DNA of 37,509 bases from Candidatus Azambacteria bacterium GW2011_GWA2_42_9 (GCA_000994805.1 LCEQ01000004.1:1-37509), one strand, 5' to 3'; positions 10,320-20,573 are shown, counted from the stretch's first letter. Made by a program: numbers and translations. The notes: generated by a model not told the origin, from the sequence alone.

Positions 10320-10995
10320 AAATTTTGAATATACCGATGCCCGGGCCTACGACCGCAGGGGTGAATTATCAATTCTGGAAAATTATGTTTTAAAGTTATG
10401 GCAGCCGTTTTTAAAAAATAAAATTGCCGGATTAAGCGGCGGCAAAGTCGTCGCCGATCTCGGTTGCGGTACCGGCGAGTATGCCCAAGGCGCGAAAAAT
10501 GCCAAAAAAATTTATGCCGTTGATATTTCGGCGCCTATGTTAAAATTATGCCGAGAAAAGCTAAAAGATTTTCCTCAAGCCGAAATCATTCAGTTGTCGG
10601 TATTTGAAGCAAATCTGCCCCAAGCGGATTTAATAATAACAATCGGGGTTTGGGAATATGTTAATCCGAAATTATTGTTTAAAACTATTGAAAAAATGAG
10701 CCAAAAAGGCAGTAAAATAATCGTTGTTTTTCCCAATATTTATAACGATCTTAATTTGGTTCGCAGTGTTTTTAAGATGAAGCGCGTCGCTTTAAGGCCG
10801 GGTTTCATTAAAAAGCTTTTCAAAGCGGATTTTAGGCTTATAGAGTCGGCAAATTTCGGAATGGTTTCATGGGTTCCAAAAAAATTGCAGTTTTTAGCTC
10901 TTCCGGTATGGAAATTCTGTGACTTTATATGGAGACCTTTCCAAAAATTTTTACCGCTCGGAATCAATATTTATTATTTATTTGAAAGAAAATGA
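10303..10995 (+). CDS. Class I SAM-dependent methyltransferase
   Basis: 230 aa. Motif I VVADLGCGTGEYAQGA, followed by IYAVDIS. It overlaps the upstream gene by 17 nt. Confidence 0.7.
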   Translation: MFYQNKNFEYTDARAYDRRGELSILENYVLKLWQPFLKNKIAGLSGGKVVADLGCGTGEYAQGAKNAKKIYAVDISAPMLKLCREKLKDFPQAEIIQLSVFEANLPQADLIITIGVWEYVNPKLLFKTIEKMSQKGSKIIVVFPNIYNDLNLVRSVFKMKRVALRPGFIKKLFKADFRLIESANFGMVSWVPKKLQFLALPVWKFCDFIWRPFQKFLPLGINIYYLFERK

Positions 10996-12104
10996 ACGTT
11001 TGTTTTATAGGAAAACATAAATATCCAAAAGACATATTTTCAAACGAGCAAGACATGAAAACTTGGCGCTCTATGGGTGCGTATTTTGGCAAACTTTTTA
11101 TTATTGCTGAGTCGCCGAATTTATTTTTTTATAGCGTTAAAGAAAATAATATCCGAATTTATTTAATACCGCGACTCGGTTATCCGGGTTTTGTGTTTTT
11201 TTCCGTTATTTTGGGATTTTATTTAAATTTAAAATACAAAATTAATGTTTTTGACGCTTCGGAAATTGCCGGAGGCGGCACCGCCGTTGCGGTGTTAAAA
11301 TTTTTTACCGGAAAGCCGACAGTTATTGAAGTGCAGGGAGAGGTCTTCAGAAAGCCCGGAAACGGGCAAAATCTGAAAAGCCGGCTGCTTAAATGGATTG
11401 GTTGCTTTGCAATGAAGCATGCGGCAAGAATCCGCGTTATAAGCCGTGCGATATTCAATCAGGTTCGGGAGCAGGGGATTCCGGAATCCAAAATCCGTCT
11501 CGTTTCTCTCCGTGTCGACCTCTATCTCTTTAATCCAAATTTATGGAAGTCCGACTTCTATACTTTTGGGGATAAAATGGGGATAACCATTGGATATATT
11601 GGAAGATTAATAGATGGCAAGGGGCTGGAAGATTTATTTGAAGCGATTTCCAAATTAAAGTTCCAAATTTTAATTTTTGGAAACGGGCCGCTGGAAGCGA
11701 AACTGAAAAAGATGGCGGAAGATTTGAATATCGCCGATAAAGTAGAATGGCGCGGATTTATGCCATACAGCAAAGTATCGGAAGCACTGGCACAGATTGA
11801 TATTTTTGTTTATCCTTCGTGGCACGAGGGCTTTGGCCGTTCTATTATGGAAGCAATGGCTATGGAAAAGCCGGTTGTTGCGACGAATGTCGGCGGCATC
11901 CCCGATTTGGTAAAAGACGGAGAAAACGGATTTTTAGTTGAACCGCATAAACCGGAAGAATTGGCGAAAAAAATAAAAATTCTTACAGAAGATAAAGAAC
12001 TGCGGGAAAAATTTGGCAAAGCCGGTCGCAAATGGGTTGCTAAAAATTTTGAATGGAACGAAGGAATTAAAAAATTCGCTCAGCTCTTCTTGGAGCTTAA
12101 ATAA
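10992..12104 (+). CDS. GT4-family glycosyltransferase
   Basis: 370 aa. HEGFGRSIMEAMAMEKPVVATNVGGIPDLVKDGENGFLVEP. ATGA overlap with the upstream stop. Confidence 0.8.
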   Translation: MNVCFIGKHKYPKDIFSNEQDMKTWRSMGAYFGKLFIIAESPNLFFYSVKENNIRIYLIPRLGYPGFVFFSVILGFYLNLKYKINVFDASEIAGGGTAVAVLKFFTGKPTVIEVQGEVFRKPGNGQNLKSRLLKWIGCFAMKHAARIRVISRAIFNQVREQGIPESKIRLVSLRVDLYLFNPNLWKSDFYTFGDKMGITIGYIGRLIDGKGLEDLFEAISKLKFQILIFGNGPLEAKLKKMAEDLNIADKVEWRGFMPYSKVSEALAQIDIFVYPSWHEGFGRSIMEAMAMEKPVVATNVGGIPDLVKDGENGFLVEPHKPEELAKKIKILTEDKELREKFGKAGRKWVAKNFEWNEGIKKFAQLFLELK

Positions 12105-12116
12105 TTCAAATCTACT

Positions 12117-13223
12117 ATGCGCATTGCAAGAATAATTGAATATTTTCCGCCGCATTTAGGAGGTATGGAGCGGCACGGGTTAATCCTTTCGCAAGAACAG
12201 GTTAAATTGGGCCATGATGTAGAAGTATTTATTGGGGTAGGCGAGCCGTCTTTATTTGAAAAAACTTTCAAGGCATCAATGCAGTTTCTGCCGCTTTACA
12301 GTAAAGCGCGCCGTTTTTGGTTTAATTTTTGGGCTGCGCGGCAGGTGAAAAATAACCACGGGAAACATCCCTATGATATAATTCATTTTCACGGCGATTT
12401 TATTGAGGCGTATTTTGGCGGCAGACTTTCTAAAAAGTTAAATATTCCGGCTGTTTTGACCATTCACGCCGGCCTTAACAAAAAATTATTAAAACCGGAA
12501 AACGCCGGATATTTTTCGGGTATTAAAAAAATTATCTGCGTCAGCAAGGAAATCGCCGGGAATTTAAAAAGCATCGGCGTTCCGGAAAATAAAATCACAG
12601 TAATTTCAAGCGGAATTTATCTGAATGAATTTAATAAAAAAGATGGTGGGATAGATGCCACAAAGAACCAATATTCAAAACCGATTATAATTTCCGTCGG
12701 CGTTTTAAGGATTAATAAGGGGTTTGACTATTTAATCGGCGCCTTCAAAAAAGTTCTGGAAAAATTCAATTCGACGACATTTTTCATAATCGGCGATGGA
12801 TCGGAAAAAACCAATCTGATGAAACAAGCGCAGGAAATTGGCCAAATTAAATTTTTAGGCAGGCAAGACCATGATAAGGTTATAGAGTATCTTAAAGCCG
12901 CCGATATTTTTGCATTAGCTTCGGTTTCAACCGAAGGCGACAGGGAGGGAACTCCGATTTCGATAATGGAAGCGATGGCTGCCGGCCTTCCGATTGTTGC
13001 CACAAAAGTCGGCGGCAATCCTTATTTGATAAAAGAGGGCGAGAACGGGCTGTTAGTTGAAGAAAAAAATAGTGAATTGCTGGCTAAAGCTATGATAAAA
13101 TTAATAGGCGATGAAAATTTAAGACAAAATATGCGGGAAAAAAATATTGAAGAGATAAAACAAAAAGATTGGCCGCTTATAGCCAAACAGATAACTGATC
13201 TATATATAAATGACCGAAAATAA
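12117..13223 (+). CDS. GT4-family glycosyltransferase
   Basis: 368 aa. N-terminal RIARIIEYFPPHLGGMERH and C-terminal REGTPISIMEAMAAGLPIVATKVGGNPYLIKEGENGLLVE. Confidence 0.8.
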   Translation: MRIARIIEYFPPHLGGMERHGLILSQEQVKLGHDVEVFIGVGEPSLFEKTFKASMQFLPLYSKARRFWFNFWAARQVKNNHGKHPYDIIHFHGDFIEAYFGGRLSKKLNIPAVLTIHAGLNKKLLKPENAGYFSGIKKIICVSKEIAGNLKSIGVPENKITVISSGIYLNEFNKKDGGIDATKNQYSKPIIISVGVLRINKGFDYLIGAFKKVLEKFNSTTFFIIGDGSEKTNLMKQAQEIGQIKFLGRQDHDKVIEYLKAADIFALASVSTEGDREGTPISIMEAMAAGLPIVATKVGGNPYLIKEGENGLLVEEKNSELLAKAMIKLIGDENLRQNMREKNIEEIKQKDWPLIAKQITDLYINDRK

Positions 13224-14469
13224 AAAAGTATTTTTTAAATGGTGGTTAGCGGCGGCGCTTTTATACCTGATATTTGCGGGGGTTATTACTTATTTCTATG
13301 GTACCGGATTTTTAATGCCGCTTGGTGACGACACGGGACACCACATTCGGTTGGCGAAAAATCTTATTGATTATGGTGTTTTTTCTTTAGACGGCCTTGA
13401 CAGCAAACATTCCACAATACCGCTGCGGCCGACTAATTTTTTGACTCCGGGGTATGCTTTCTGGCTGGCATTTATTTATATTATTTTCAAATCTTTCACA
13501 CCCGCAATTTTTATAGGTGTTTTAATTTTCGCCCTTTCTGTTCCTCTAACATATTTTCTGGCAGAGAAAATTATAAATAACAAAAAAATCGCTTTTTGGG
13601 CGACCCTGATTTTTATGTTTGAACCCCTCTCGATATATCACTCGGGACTTCTTTTTACCGAGCAATTATTTGTGCCGATATTTTTAGTGGCTGTCTATTT
13701 TTTTATAGCGCATCTAAGGCGCGACAATAAAAAGTTTTTGGCGGCCTCGCTATTATTATTTTCGGTTTCAGTTCTGATTCGCCCGATCATTTTTTATTTT
13801 TTACCCGTTTTAATTTTAATCAATATTTTTAAAGAAGCGAAAACTTCCTGGTGCAAGGCGTTGATTATGGGGATTGTATTGGCAGTTTTGGCGTATTCGG
13901 TGGCTGGGGTCTGGGTAATTCGCAATAAAATTATCCTTAACACATGGCAGATTTCGAGCAATCAGGGAGCGATTTTAGTGTCTCATTACGGACTGGTGGC
14001 AAGGAAATTGGAAAAAAGCAGTTTTGATCTTCCGTCTTTCGCGTACGAATCAAATAATTTTTTAACAGAATATAATAATAATCTGGGCAAAGCGGCGTTA
14101 AAGGAATTGGCCAAAAATAAACTGGCATATTTGGAGGTCAAATTTAGTTATCTGCCCGTTTTTTTTCTGACTAATGGCTATAACAACCTATTTAGCCGTT
14201 TAACCGGTCGTTCGGAAAATTTTGTTTTTTTAATCGGAGTGCTGATCTGGGTGGTGATAAGCCTCCTTGGTTTAATTGGTCTGTGGCGCTTATTTATGTC
14301 GGACCGAAAAACGCAAGTGATTTTTGCAGTATTTTTAATTTTATATTTTGCGCTTATTGCTTCACCGATAGTAACGTCGCGCTATCGTTTGCCGCTTAAT
14401 CCATTTATTTTTATTTTTGCTGTAAGCGGATTTTATTTTTTGCGCGATAAAATAAAACAATGGATATAA
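13210..14469 (+). CDS. GT-C-type (ArnT/PMT_2-like) polytopic membrane glycosyltransferase
   Basis: 419 aa with about 10 or more hydrophobic segments. After TM1 there is an acidic loop, GDDTGHHIRLAKNLIDYGVFSLDG...RPTNFLTPGYAFWLAFIY, typical of family 39/83 lipid-phosphate-sugar-dependent transferases. Confidence 0.65.
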   Translation: MTENKKVFFKWWLAAALLYLIFAGVITYFYGTGFLMPLGDDTGHHIRLAKNLIDYGVFSLDGLDSKHSTIPLRPTNFLTPGYAFWLAFIYIIFKSFTPAIFIGVLIFALSVPLTYFLAEKIINNKKIAFWATLIFMFEPLSIYHSGLLFTEQLFVPIFLVAVYFFIAHLRRDNKKFLAASLLLFSVSVLIRPIIFYFLPVLILINIFKEAKTSWCKALIMGIVLAVLAYSVAGVWVIRNKIILNTWQISSNQGAILVSHYGLVARKLEKSSFDLPSFAYESNNFLTEYNNNLGKAALKELAKNKLAYLEVKFSYLPVFFLTNGYNNLFSRLTGRSENFVFLIGVLIWVVISLLGLIGLWRLFMSDRKTQVIFAVFLILYFALIASPIVTSRYRLPLNPFIFIFAVSGFYFLRDKIKQWI

Positions 14470-15338
14470 GCAGAAAAACATTTATTTTGACAATCCTCGG
14501 GTTAATTCTTTTGAGAATCCTTCTTGTTGTTCTCGTTATGAACAATATTCCGTTTACCGGGATGACGGCTGGTGGGTTCAGACCGACTTTCACCGAATCA
14601 TATCAACCGGATGAGTTGCAATATTTTAAATTAACTGAAGGGTTGATAGCCGGTCGCTCGGAAAAATTAGTTCCCAATATTGGCGCCTCGCTGATTTTTG
14701 CGCCGTTTATTTATTTCACCGGCGCTTCTTTGCCGGATGAACTCGCCAAATCCGTTTTTATTTTTGAAGCATTTATACTGTTTTCTCTCGCATTAATATT
14801 GGTTGCCCTGATTGCTGAAAAATTATTTAATTCGCGAAAGTTGGCGGTTATAAGCGTTGCGCTATTTTCCGTCTATCCCTGGGTGTTACTCCTGATTTTC
14901 AATCTTGCGGGGTATAAAAATGCGATTCCGGCATTTCATTATCAGCTTTGGATTTTTATATTGTCCGACTATCTTTCGGCTTTTTTAGTCTATCTTGGCT
15001 TTTTCCTGATTTTTAAATGGTTTAAGAATATTTTTGAAAGCTTGGCAATAAATTGGCAAGAATTAATAATTATCGCGGTTGTTAGCGGGGCGGCGATTTT
15101 AACGCGGATGGGCAATTTTTGGCTGATTTTAATTATTTTTTCTACATTCTTATATTTCAGCCAATTCAAAAAAGCCGCCCTATATGGATTTTTCTTAGGG
15201 TTGGCTTATTTGCCTCAATTAATATTTAATATAGCGGCGTTTGGCGCGCCTTGGGCCTTTGGTTACAGAGATCCCCTGGTCGGCGCGTCGACATCGTCTA
15301 TTCCGCTCGCGCAATGTGATTTTCTGTTTCGGTTATAA
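14460..15338 (+). CDS. GT-C-like polytopic membrane protein (possibly truncated or frameshifted at its 3' end)
   Basis: 292 aa and multi-TM. An acidic first loop, YQPDELQYFKLTEGLIAG, follows TM1. The last ~7 codons (CDFLFRL*) may be out of frame; see the 15352-15528 entry. Confidence 0.55.
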   Translation: MDISRKTFILTILGLILLRILLVVLVMNNIPFTGMTAGGFRPTFTESYQPDELQYFKLTEGLIAGRSEKLVPNIGASLIFAPFIYFTGASLPDELAKSVFIFEAFILFSLALILVALIAEKLFNSRKLAVISVALFSVYPWVLLLIFNLAGYKNAIPAFHYQLWIFILSDYLSAFLVYLGFFLIFKWFKNIFESLAINWQELIIIAVVSGAAILTRMGNFWLILIIFSTFLYFSQFKKAALYGFFLGLAYLPQLIFNIAAFGAPWAFGYRDPLVGASTSSIPLAQCDFLFRL

Positions 15339-15351
15339 ATATCTTTCGAAA

Positions 15352-15528
15352 ATGAATAAAAAATTTGCTTTGATAACGGGGGCGTGGTTTTGGTCTTATT
15401 TAATTTTTTATGGCTTATTTGACGAGTCGTTGAGCCAACTTAGATACTTTCTTCCGGCCATTCCGGTCTTTATTTACTTTTTTATAGGATGTCTGCTATA
15501 TTTATGGAATAAAATTAAACTAAAATAA
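15352..15528 (+). CDS. Small 2-TM membrane ORF, or the displaced C-terminus of the 14460 gene
   Basis: This frame is open from 15241. From about 15312 it reads membrane-like sequence, NVIFCFGYKYLSKMNKKFALITGAWFWSYLIFYGLF...AIPVFIYFFIGCLLYLW. An internal ATG lies at 15352, and the ORF ends 2 nt before the next gene. Confidence 0.35.
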   Translation: MNKKFALITGAWFWSYLIFYGLFDESLSQLRYFLPAIPVFIYFFIGCLLYLWNKIKLK

Positions 15529-15530
15529 TT

Positions 15531-16301
15531 ATGTATAATGGCAAATTGGTTTCGGTGGTTTTTGCTACCTATAAAGAAAAGGGCTCGGTCAGGGAAGTGA
15601 TTGAGGATTTTTTTAACGCTACGCTGTTTGTTGATGAAATCGTCGTGGTTAACAATAATGCCGAGCCGGGCACGGTTGAGGAGGTGCAAAAGACAAAAGC
15701 CCGGATGGTGTATGAAAAAAGGCAAGGTTACGGCTACGCTTTCCAGCGGGGAATGAAGGAGGCGAGAGGCGATTATGTGTTTTTATGCGAACCGGACGGC
15801 ACCTACAAGGGGAAGGACGTTGAGAGATTTTTGGTTTATGCTAAAACCGGTGGTTTTGATGTTGTTTTGGGTTCTCGCACCGGCCAAAATACGCCGCTTT
15901 CCGCCGCTGATATGACTCTAGTGAGAAAATTTGCCAATGTTTTTGAAGCTAAGACAATGGAGGTTTTGTTTAACACTAACGCCTTAACCGATGTCGGGTG
16001 CACCTATAAACTTTTCACCAAAGAAGCAATCAGAAAAATCGCGCCTGTTTGGCGGGCCCGGAACTCGCTTTTTGCCACCGAACTGGTACTTTTGACCGTC
16101 AGTAGAAAATTGCATTTTATTGAAATCCCCGTGACTTTTAAAAAAAGAATCGGCATTTCCACCTTTGTGGGCACTTTTCCTAAGCAAGCCAAATGGGCAA
16201 TAAAAATTTACGCCCACATTTGGGCATTTTGGTTGCGCTGGATTTTATTCAACAATAAATCCAATCCCGATAATTTTAAAGAAGAAAATAAAATAATCTG
16301 A
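15531..16301 (+). CDS. GT2-family polyprenol-phosphate glycosyltransferase (Dpm1/ArnC/GtrB-like)
   Basis: 256 aa. VSVVFATYKEKGSV..VVVNNNAEPGT..GYGYAFQRGMKEARGDYVFLCEPDGTY (DXD-type EPD). It has no long C-terminal TM bundle. Confidence 0.7.
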   Translation: MYNGKLVSVVFATYKEKGSVREVIEDFFNATLFVDEIVVVNNNAEPGTVEEVQKTKARMVYEKRQGYGYAFQRGMKEARGDYVFLCEPDGTYKGKDVERFLVYAKTGGFDVVLGSRTGQNTPLSAADMTLVRKFANVFEAKTMEVLFNTNALTDVGCTYKLFTKEAIRKIAPVWRARNSLFATELVLLTVSRKLHFIEIPVTFKKRIGISTFVGTFPKQAKWAIKIYAHIWAFWLRWILFNNKSNPDNFKEENKII

Positions 16302-17218
16302 TGCTTGAATGTCCGATATGCGGAAATAATCGCGATGGATTCATAACGTCTTCGTTTTTGCCCAAATGCCTCCGTTGCGGAAATTGTGGAGGCAATTTTG
16401 TCACCAGTCTGGAAAAGGATATTTATAACGAGGAGTATTTTAGTGAAAAAACAAATCCGTCTATAATTGCCAAAATATCATCGCCTCTTTTGGATTTTTT
16501 TTATATTTTAAGAGTGAATAAAATTAAAGAATTAATAAGCGATAAAAAATCCCCGAAGGTTTTAGATTATGGCTGCGGCACGGGGAAACTAGTTGACGCA
16601 TTGATTAAAAATGGCATTGATGCGGTTGGTTTTGAACCCTCGGAAGGAGCGCGGCAAATAGCCGCAAGAAAAAATCTGCCGGTTTACGGCGAAATAAAAC
16701 CAATGAAAGGCGATTGTGATTTGATTATGTTTTGGCACAGCTTGGAGCACACGGAAACGCCGCTTGAAACGCTGAATTCAATTAAAAACAATCTGGCCGA
16801 TGACGGAAAAATTTTAATTGCCGTGCCCAATGCCGATAGCTTTGAAGCCAGGGTTTTTAAAGAAAATTGGTTTCATTACTCTTACCCATTTCATCTGATT
16901 CATTTTACGCCGAAATCAGCCAAAATTATGTTGCAAAAAGCCGGTTTTAAGCCAAGTTCAATTGATTTTTGGAATCCGGAATATACAATATCGGGACTGA
17001 TCCAATCGTTTTTAAACTGGTTTTTGCCGAAAGACACGCTTTACAGCGTTATAAGTCACAGAAGACAGACGATGCCGCTTTATAAAGCGGTTTTAATCTC
17101 TTTTATATCTGTTTTAATAATTTTAATTTTTTCGCCGTTTTTAGCCCTGTTTTTTATTTTCCAATTGATTTTAAAAAAAACCGGTGCTATAGTCATCATT
17201 GCGCAAAAAGAGGTCTAA
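16301..17218 (+). CDS. SAM-dependent methyltransferase with an N-terminal Cys4 zinc ribbon and a C-terminal TM helix
   Basis: 305 aa. CPICGN...CLRCGNCGG, then motif I VLDYGCGTGKLVDAL. The hydrophobic tail is VLISFISVLIILIFSPFLALFFIF. The start overlaps the upstream TGA by 1 nt. Confidence 0.7.
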   Translation: MLECPICGNNRDGFITSSFLPKCLRCGNCGGNFVTSLEKDIYNEEYFSEKTNPSIIAKISSPLLDFFYILRVNKIKELISDKKSPKVLDYGCGTGKLVDALIKNGIDAVGFEPSEGARQIAARKNLPVYGEIKPMKGDCDLIMFWHSLEHTETPLETLNSIKNNLADDGKILIAVPNADSFEARVFKENWFHYSYPFHLIHFTPKSAKIMLQKAGFKPSSIDFWNPEYTISGLIQSFLNWFLPKDTLYSVISHRRQTMPLYKAVLISFISVLIILIFSPFLALFFIFQLILKKTGAIVIIAQKEV

Positions 17219-17222
17219 ATAT

Positions 17223-18452
17223 ATGAAAACTAACGCAAATTGCAGGATGTGCAATAGCAGGAATCTAAAACCGTTTTTTGATCTGGGTGAAACGGCGCTT
17301 GCCAATTCTTTCTTAAAAAAAGAAGCGCTTGACAAGCCCGAACCCAAATATCCTCTGAAGGTGTTTTTCTGCGAGGATTGCGGATTAAGCCAGCTTGTCC
17401 ACGTTGTTGAGCCGGAAATTCTGTTCCGCGATTATGTTTATTTTTCTTCCGGAATGCCGACTTTGCCGGAGCACTTCAAAAAATACGCCAAAGAAGCGGT
17501 TAATGATTTTGTGTCGTCAAAAGACGATTTGGTCGTGGAAATCGGCAGCAACGATGGGCTTCTTTTGGGCGCGATTAAAAATCTGGGCGCGAAAGTTTTG
17601 GGCGTTGACCCGGCAAAAAATATTGCCAAGGTTGCCAATGAAAGAGGAGTAGAAACCTTGCCGGAATTTTTCAGCGAAAAATTGGCCGGAGAAATTGCCG
17701 CGAAATATGGGAAAGCCAAGGTTATGATCGGCAATAATGTGGTGGCGCATATAGATAATCATCACGATCTGGTAAAAGGAGTTTCTGCGCTGCTTGCCAA
17801 TGATGGCGTTTTTATGTTTGAAGCTCCTTATATTGTGGATATGTTTGAAAATTACACTTTTGACACCATTTATCACGAGCATCTTTCTTATTTGTCAGTC
17901 CGGCCCCTAGTAAATCTGTTTAAGCAATTCGGCATGGAGCTTTTTGATGTTAAGGTTTTTCCGGTCCAGGGCAATTCAATAAGGGGTTACGCCGGTAAAT
18001 CGGGGCAGCACGAAATTTCGCCGCGGGTTGCGGAGCTGCTCCAAAAAGAAAAATTGATGAAGCTCGATAAATTGGAAACTTATTTGAAACTTGCGAGCGA
18101 TATAAAGGAAATGAATCAGAAGGTAATTACCGTCTTGCGTGAACTTAAGGCGAAAGGAAAAAGAATCGCCGGCTACGGCGCTCCCGCCAAGGGCAACACT
18201 CTTTTAAGTTATTTTGGAATCGGCCCGGATATTCTGGATTATGCCACCGAAGCCCTGCCTTCCAAAATCGGGTTTTATACTCCGGGAACTCATATTCCGG
18301 TGGTAAACATCGAGGATGCGCGGAAAAATCCGCCCGATTATTTCCTGCTTTTGGCTTGGAATTATAAGGATGTGATTTTAAATAAAGAAGAATCTCTTCG
18401 GCAAAAAGGAGTAAAATTTATAATGCCGGTCGGAAAAATAGAAATATTATAA
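17223..18452 (+). CDS. NDP-hexose C-methyltransferase-type enzyme (TylC3-like; Methyltransf_13/14 architecture)
   Basis: N-terminal Zn-binding pattern CRMCNS..L.PFFDLGETALANSFL....CEDCGLSQL, a central SAM fold (VVEIGSNDGLLL), and a C-terminal domain ending YFLLLAWNYKDVIL. The ATG at 17223 is preferred because AAGAGG lies 7-12 nt upstream; the ORF track starts at 17199. Confidence 0.7.
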   Translation: MKTNANCRMCNSRNLKPFFDLGETALANSFLKKEALDKPEPKYPLKVFFCEDCGLSQLVHVVEPEILFRDYVYFSSGMPTLPEHFKKYAKEAVNDFVSSKDDLVVEIGSNDGLLLGAIKNLGAKVLGVDPAKNIAKVANERGVETLPEFFSEKLAGEIAAKYGKAKVMIGNNVVAHIDNHHDLVKGVSALLANDGVFMFEAPYIVDMFENYTFDTIYHEHLSYLSVRPLVNLFKQFGMELFDVKVFPVQGNSIRGYAGKSGQHEISPRVAELLQKEKLMKLDKLETYLKLASDIKEMNQKVITVLRELKAKGKRIAGYGAPAKGNTLLSYFGIGPDILDYATEALPSKIGFYTPGTHIPVVNIEDARKNPPDYFLLLAWNYKDVILNKEESLRQKGVKFIMPVGKIEIL

Positions 18453-18460
18453 AATTTATT

Positions 18461-19516
18461 ATGACTGAGTATAATAAAAACATCTTAATTTGCGGCGGCA
18501 GTGGTTTTATCGGATCAAACTTTGTCCGTTTTATTTACAATAAATATCCCAATTATCGGATATTTAATTTGGATTTATTAACTTATGCCGGAAATCCGGA
18601 GAATCTTTCGGATATTGAAGCAATGGAAGTTAAAAAAGACGTCAGTCAGAAAAGATACCATTTTATCCGCGGCGATATTTGCGACAATACGCTCTTGGCG
18701 AATATTTTCAATAAAAATAATTTTGACACAGTTATCAATTTTGCCGCCGAAAGTCACGTTGACCGGTCGTTCGTCAATGTTTTTGATTTTATCAGGACAA
18801 ACATTGAGGGCGTTCGTTCTTTAATCGAGGCGGTCAGGAGCCATAAGATTGCTAGGTTTATTCAAATTTCAACCGACGAGATTTATGGCTCGGTGTCAAA
18901 CGGTTTTTCAACCGAGGAAGCGCCTTTTAGGCCGTCTAACCCTTATGCCGCGTCCAAAGCCGCGGCCGATCTACTGGTTCAGTCATATATCAAGACGCAT
19001 CGCGTGGCGGCGCTTATTATCCGAGGTTCTAACAATTACGGCCCGTTCCAATATCCCGAAAAATTTATTCCCTTGGCGGTATCAAATATTATTGAAGACA
19101 AAAAAGTGCCGCTTCACGGTTCGGGCGAGCACCGGCGAAGTTGGCTTCATGTTGATGATTTTTGCAGCGCGATTGACGTTATAATCCATAAAGCGCCCAA
19201 TTACAGCATTTTCAACGTTTCGGGAGAAGAAAAAACCAATCTGGAAATTTTGGAAATTATATCAAAAAATCTCGGAAGGGATTTACGGGATTTTAAAGCG
19301 CACACCAATGACAGGCCGGGCGCGGATCTGCGTTACGCTCCCGATTCCTCAAAATTGAAATCGGAACTGGGGTGGCTTCGGCAACACCGCGTTGAAGAAA
19401 ACTTAAAAGACGTGGTTAGTTGGTATCAAAATAATCAGGACTGGTGGCGGAAAATTAAATCCACGAAGGAATACATGGACCATTACGAACGGCAAGTTAA
19501 GTCGGAATATTATTAA
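18461..19516 (+). CDS. rfbB: dTDP-glucose 4,6-dehydratase
   Basis: 351 aa. ILICGGSGFIGSNFVR..NLDLLTYAGNPENL..FIRGDICD..NFAAESHVDRS..YAASKAAADLLV..LHVDDFC are hallmark RmlB motifs. Confidence 0.85.
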   Translation: MTEYNKNILICGGSGFIGSNFVRFIYNKYPNYRIFNLDLLTYAGNPENLSDIEAMEVKKDVSQKRYHFIRGDICDNTLLANIFNKNNFDTVINFAAESHVDRSFVNVFDFIRTNIEGVRSLIEAVRSHKIARFIQISTDEIYGSVSNGFSTEEAPFRPSNPYAASKAAADLLVQSYIKTHRVAALIIRGSNNYGPFQYPEKFIPLAVSNIIEDKKVPLHGSGEHRRSWLHVDDFCSAIDVIIHKAPNYSIFNVSGEEKTNLEILEIISKNLGRDLRDFKAHTNDRPGADLRYAPDSSKLKSELGWLRQHRVEENLKDVVSWYQNNQDWWRKIKSTKEYMDHYERQVKSEYY

Positions 19517-19522
19517 TTTTTT

Positions 19523-20566
19523 ATGGCTCAAACAGCAAAAAAGATATTAGTCACTGGCGGCGCTGGTTATATCGGGGCCGTGTTGGTGCCGAAACTTTTG
19601 GAGCGGGGTTATGGTGTGCGCATTTTGGACACTTTGATTTTTGGTAAAGAGCCAATCAAAGAATTTGAAGATAAAATTGAATTAGTCATGGGAGATACGC
19701 GTACCGCCAGGCCGGAAATTATGGACGGCATTTATGCCGTAATTCATCTTGCGGGATTTTCCACCGATCCGACCTCGCAATACGATCCGCGACTCACCGA
19801 CATGGTGAATCATATTGCCACCGAACATTTGGCAAAATTAGCCAGAGCCAAAGGCATTAAAAGATTTATTTACGCTTCAAGCTGTTCGGTTTATTTTACT
19901 CTGAACACGCCTCTTGAACCGCCGCTTTACAGTGAAACCGATCCTATTAATCCGATATCGGCATATGCCTTGAGCAAGTGTTGTTCGGAACAGGTTTTGT
20001 GGGGCATGACCAATGAAGATTTTCAGCCGACGATGTTTCGCAAGGGCACTCTTTACGGCTGGTCGCCCAGAATGCGCTATGATCTGGTTTTTAACGCTTT
20101 TGTAAAAGACGCGTATCATAAGAGGCTTTTAATGGTTGATGCCGGGGGCGAAATATGGCGTCCAATGATAGACATACGGGATGCGGTGGATGCTTATATC
20201 AATGCCATAGAATTGCCACTTGAAAAAGTCGGCGGGAAGATTTTTAATGTCGCTCACGAAAATTGGAGCATTGGGAATTTAGCCAAGGAAATTCAAAAAA
20301 TTCTAAGTGTGAAAAAAGGAATAAATATTGAACTTGACATCAAGCCAATCAGTTTAACGAGAAATTATAAAGCTAACACTTCGGCTTTTTGTAACACTTT
20401 CAATTTTAAACCAAGCCGCAGCATAGAAGACGCGGTTTTTGAAATTTGGGACCATCTGGAAAACGATAAAAATCACGATCCGCATCATATAAGACATTAC
20501 GGAGACAAATGGTACAAGCAATATTTTGAAACGCCGGAAGGAATAGAGTTTAAAAAACATATTTAA
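19523..20566 (+). CDS. NAD-dependent NDP-sugar epimerase/reductase (extended SDR), specificity unknown
   Basis: 347 aa. ILVTGGAGYIGAVLVPKLL and catalytic YALSK. Confidence 0.65.
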   Translation: MAQTAKKILVTGGAGYIGAVLVPKLLERGYGVRILDTLIFGKEPIKEFEDKIELVMGDTRTARPEIMDGIYAVIHLAGFSTDPTSQYDPRLTDMVNHIATEHLAKLARAKGIKRFIYASSCSVYFTLNTPLEPPLYSETDPINPISAYALSKCCSEQVLWGMTNEDFQPTMFRKGTLYGWSPRMRYDLVFNAFVKDAYHKRLLMVDAGGEIWRPMIDIRDAVDAYINAIELPLEKVGGKIFNVAHENWSIGNLAKEIQKILSVKKGINIELDIKPISLTRNYKANTSAFCNTFNFKPSRSIEDAVFEIWDHLENDKNHDPHHIRHYGDKWYKQYFETPEGIEFKKHI

Positions 20567-20573
20567 TTTGCGA

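Noticed and set aside
10993-16301. Alternative genetic code (UGA recoded, as in some candidate phyla)
   Set aside because: TGA ends well-supported ORFs exactly at ATGA/TGATG overlaps with the next gene's start (10993-10995, 16299-16301, 22623-22625, 25852-25854). All recognisable proteins are full length under the standard code.
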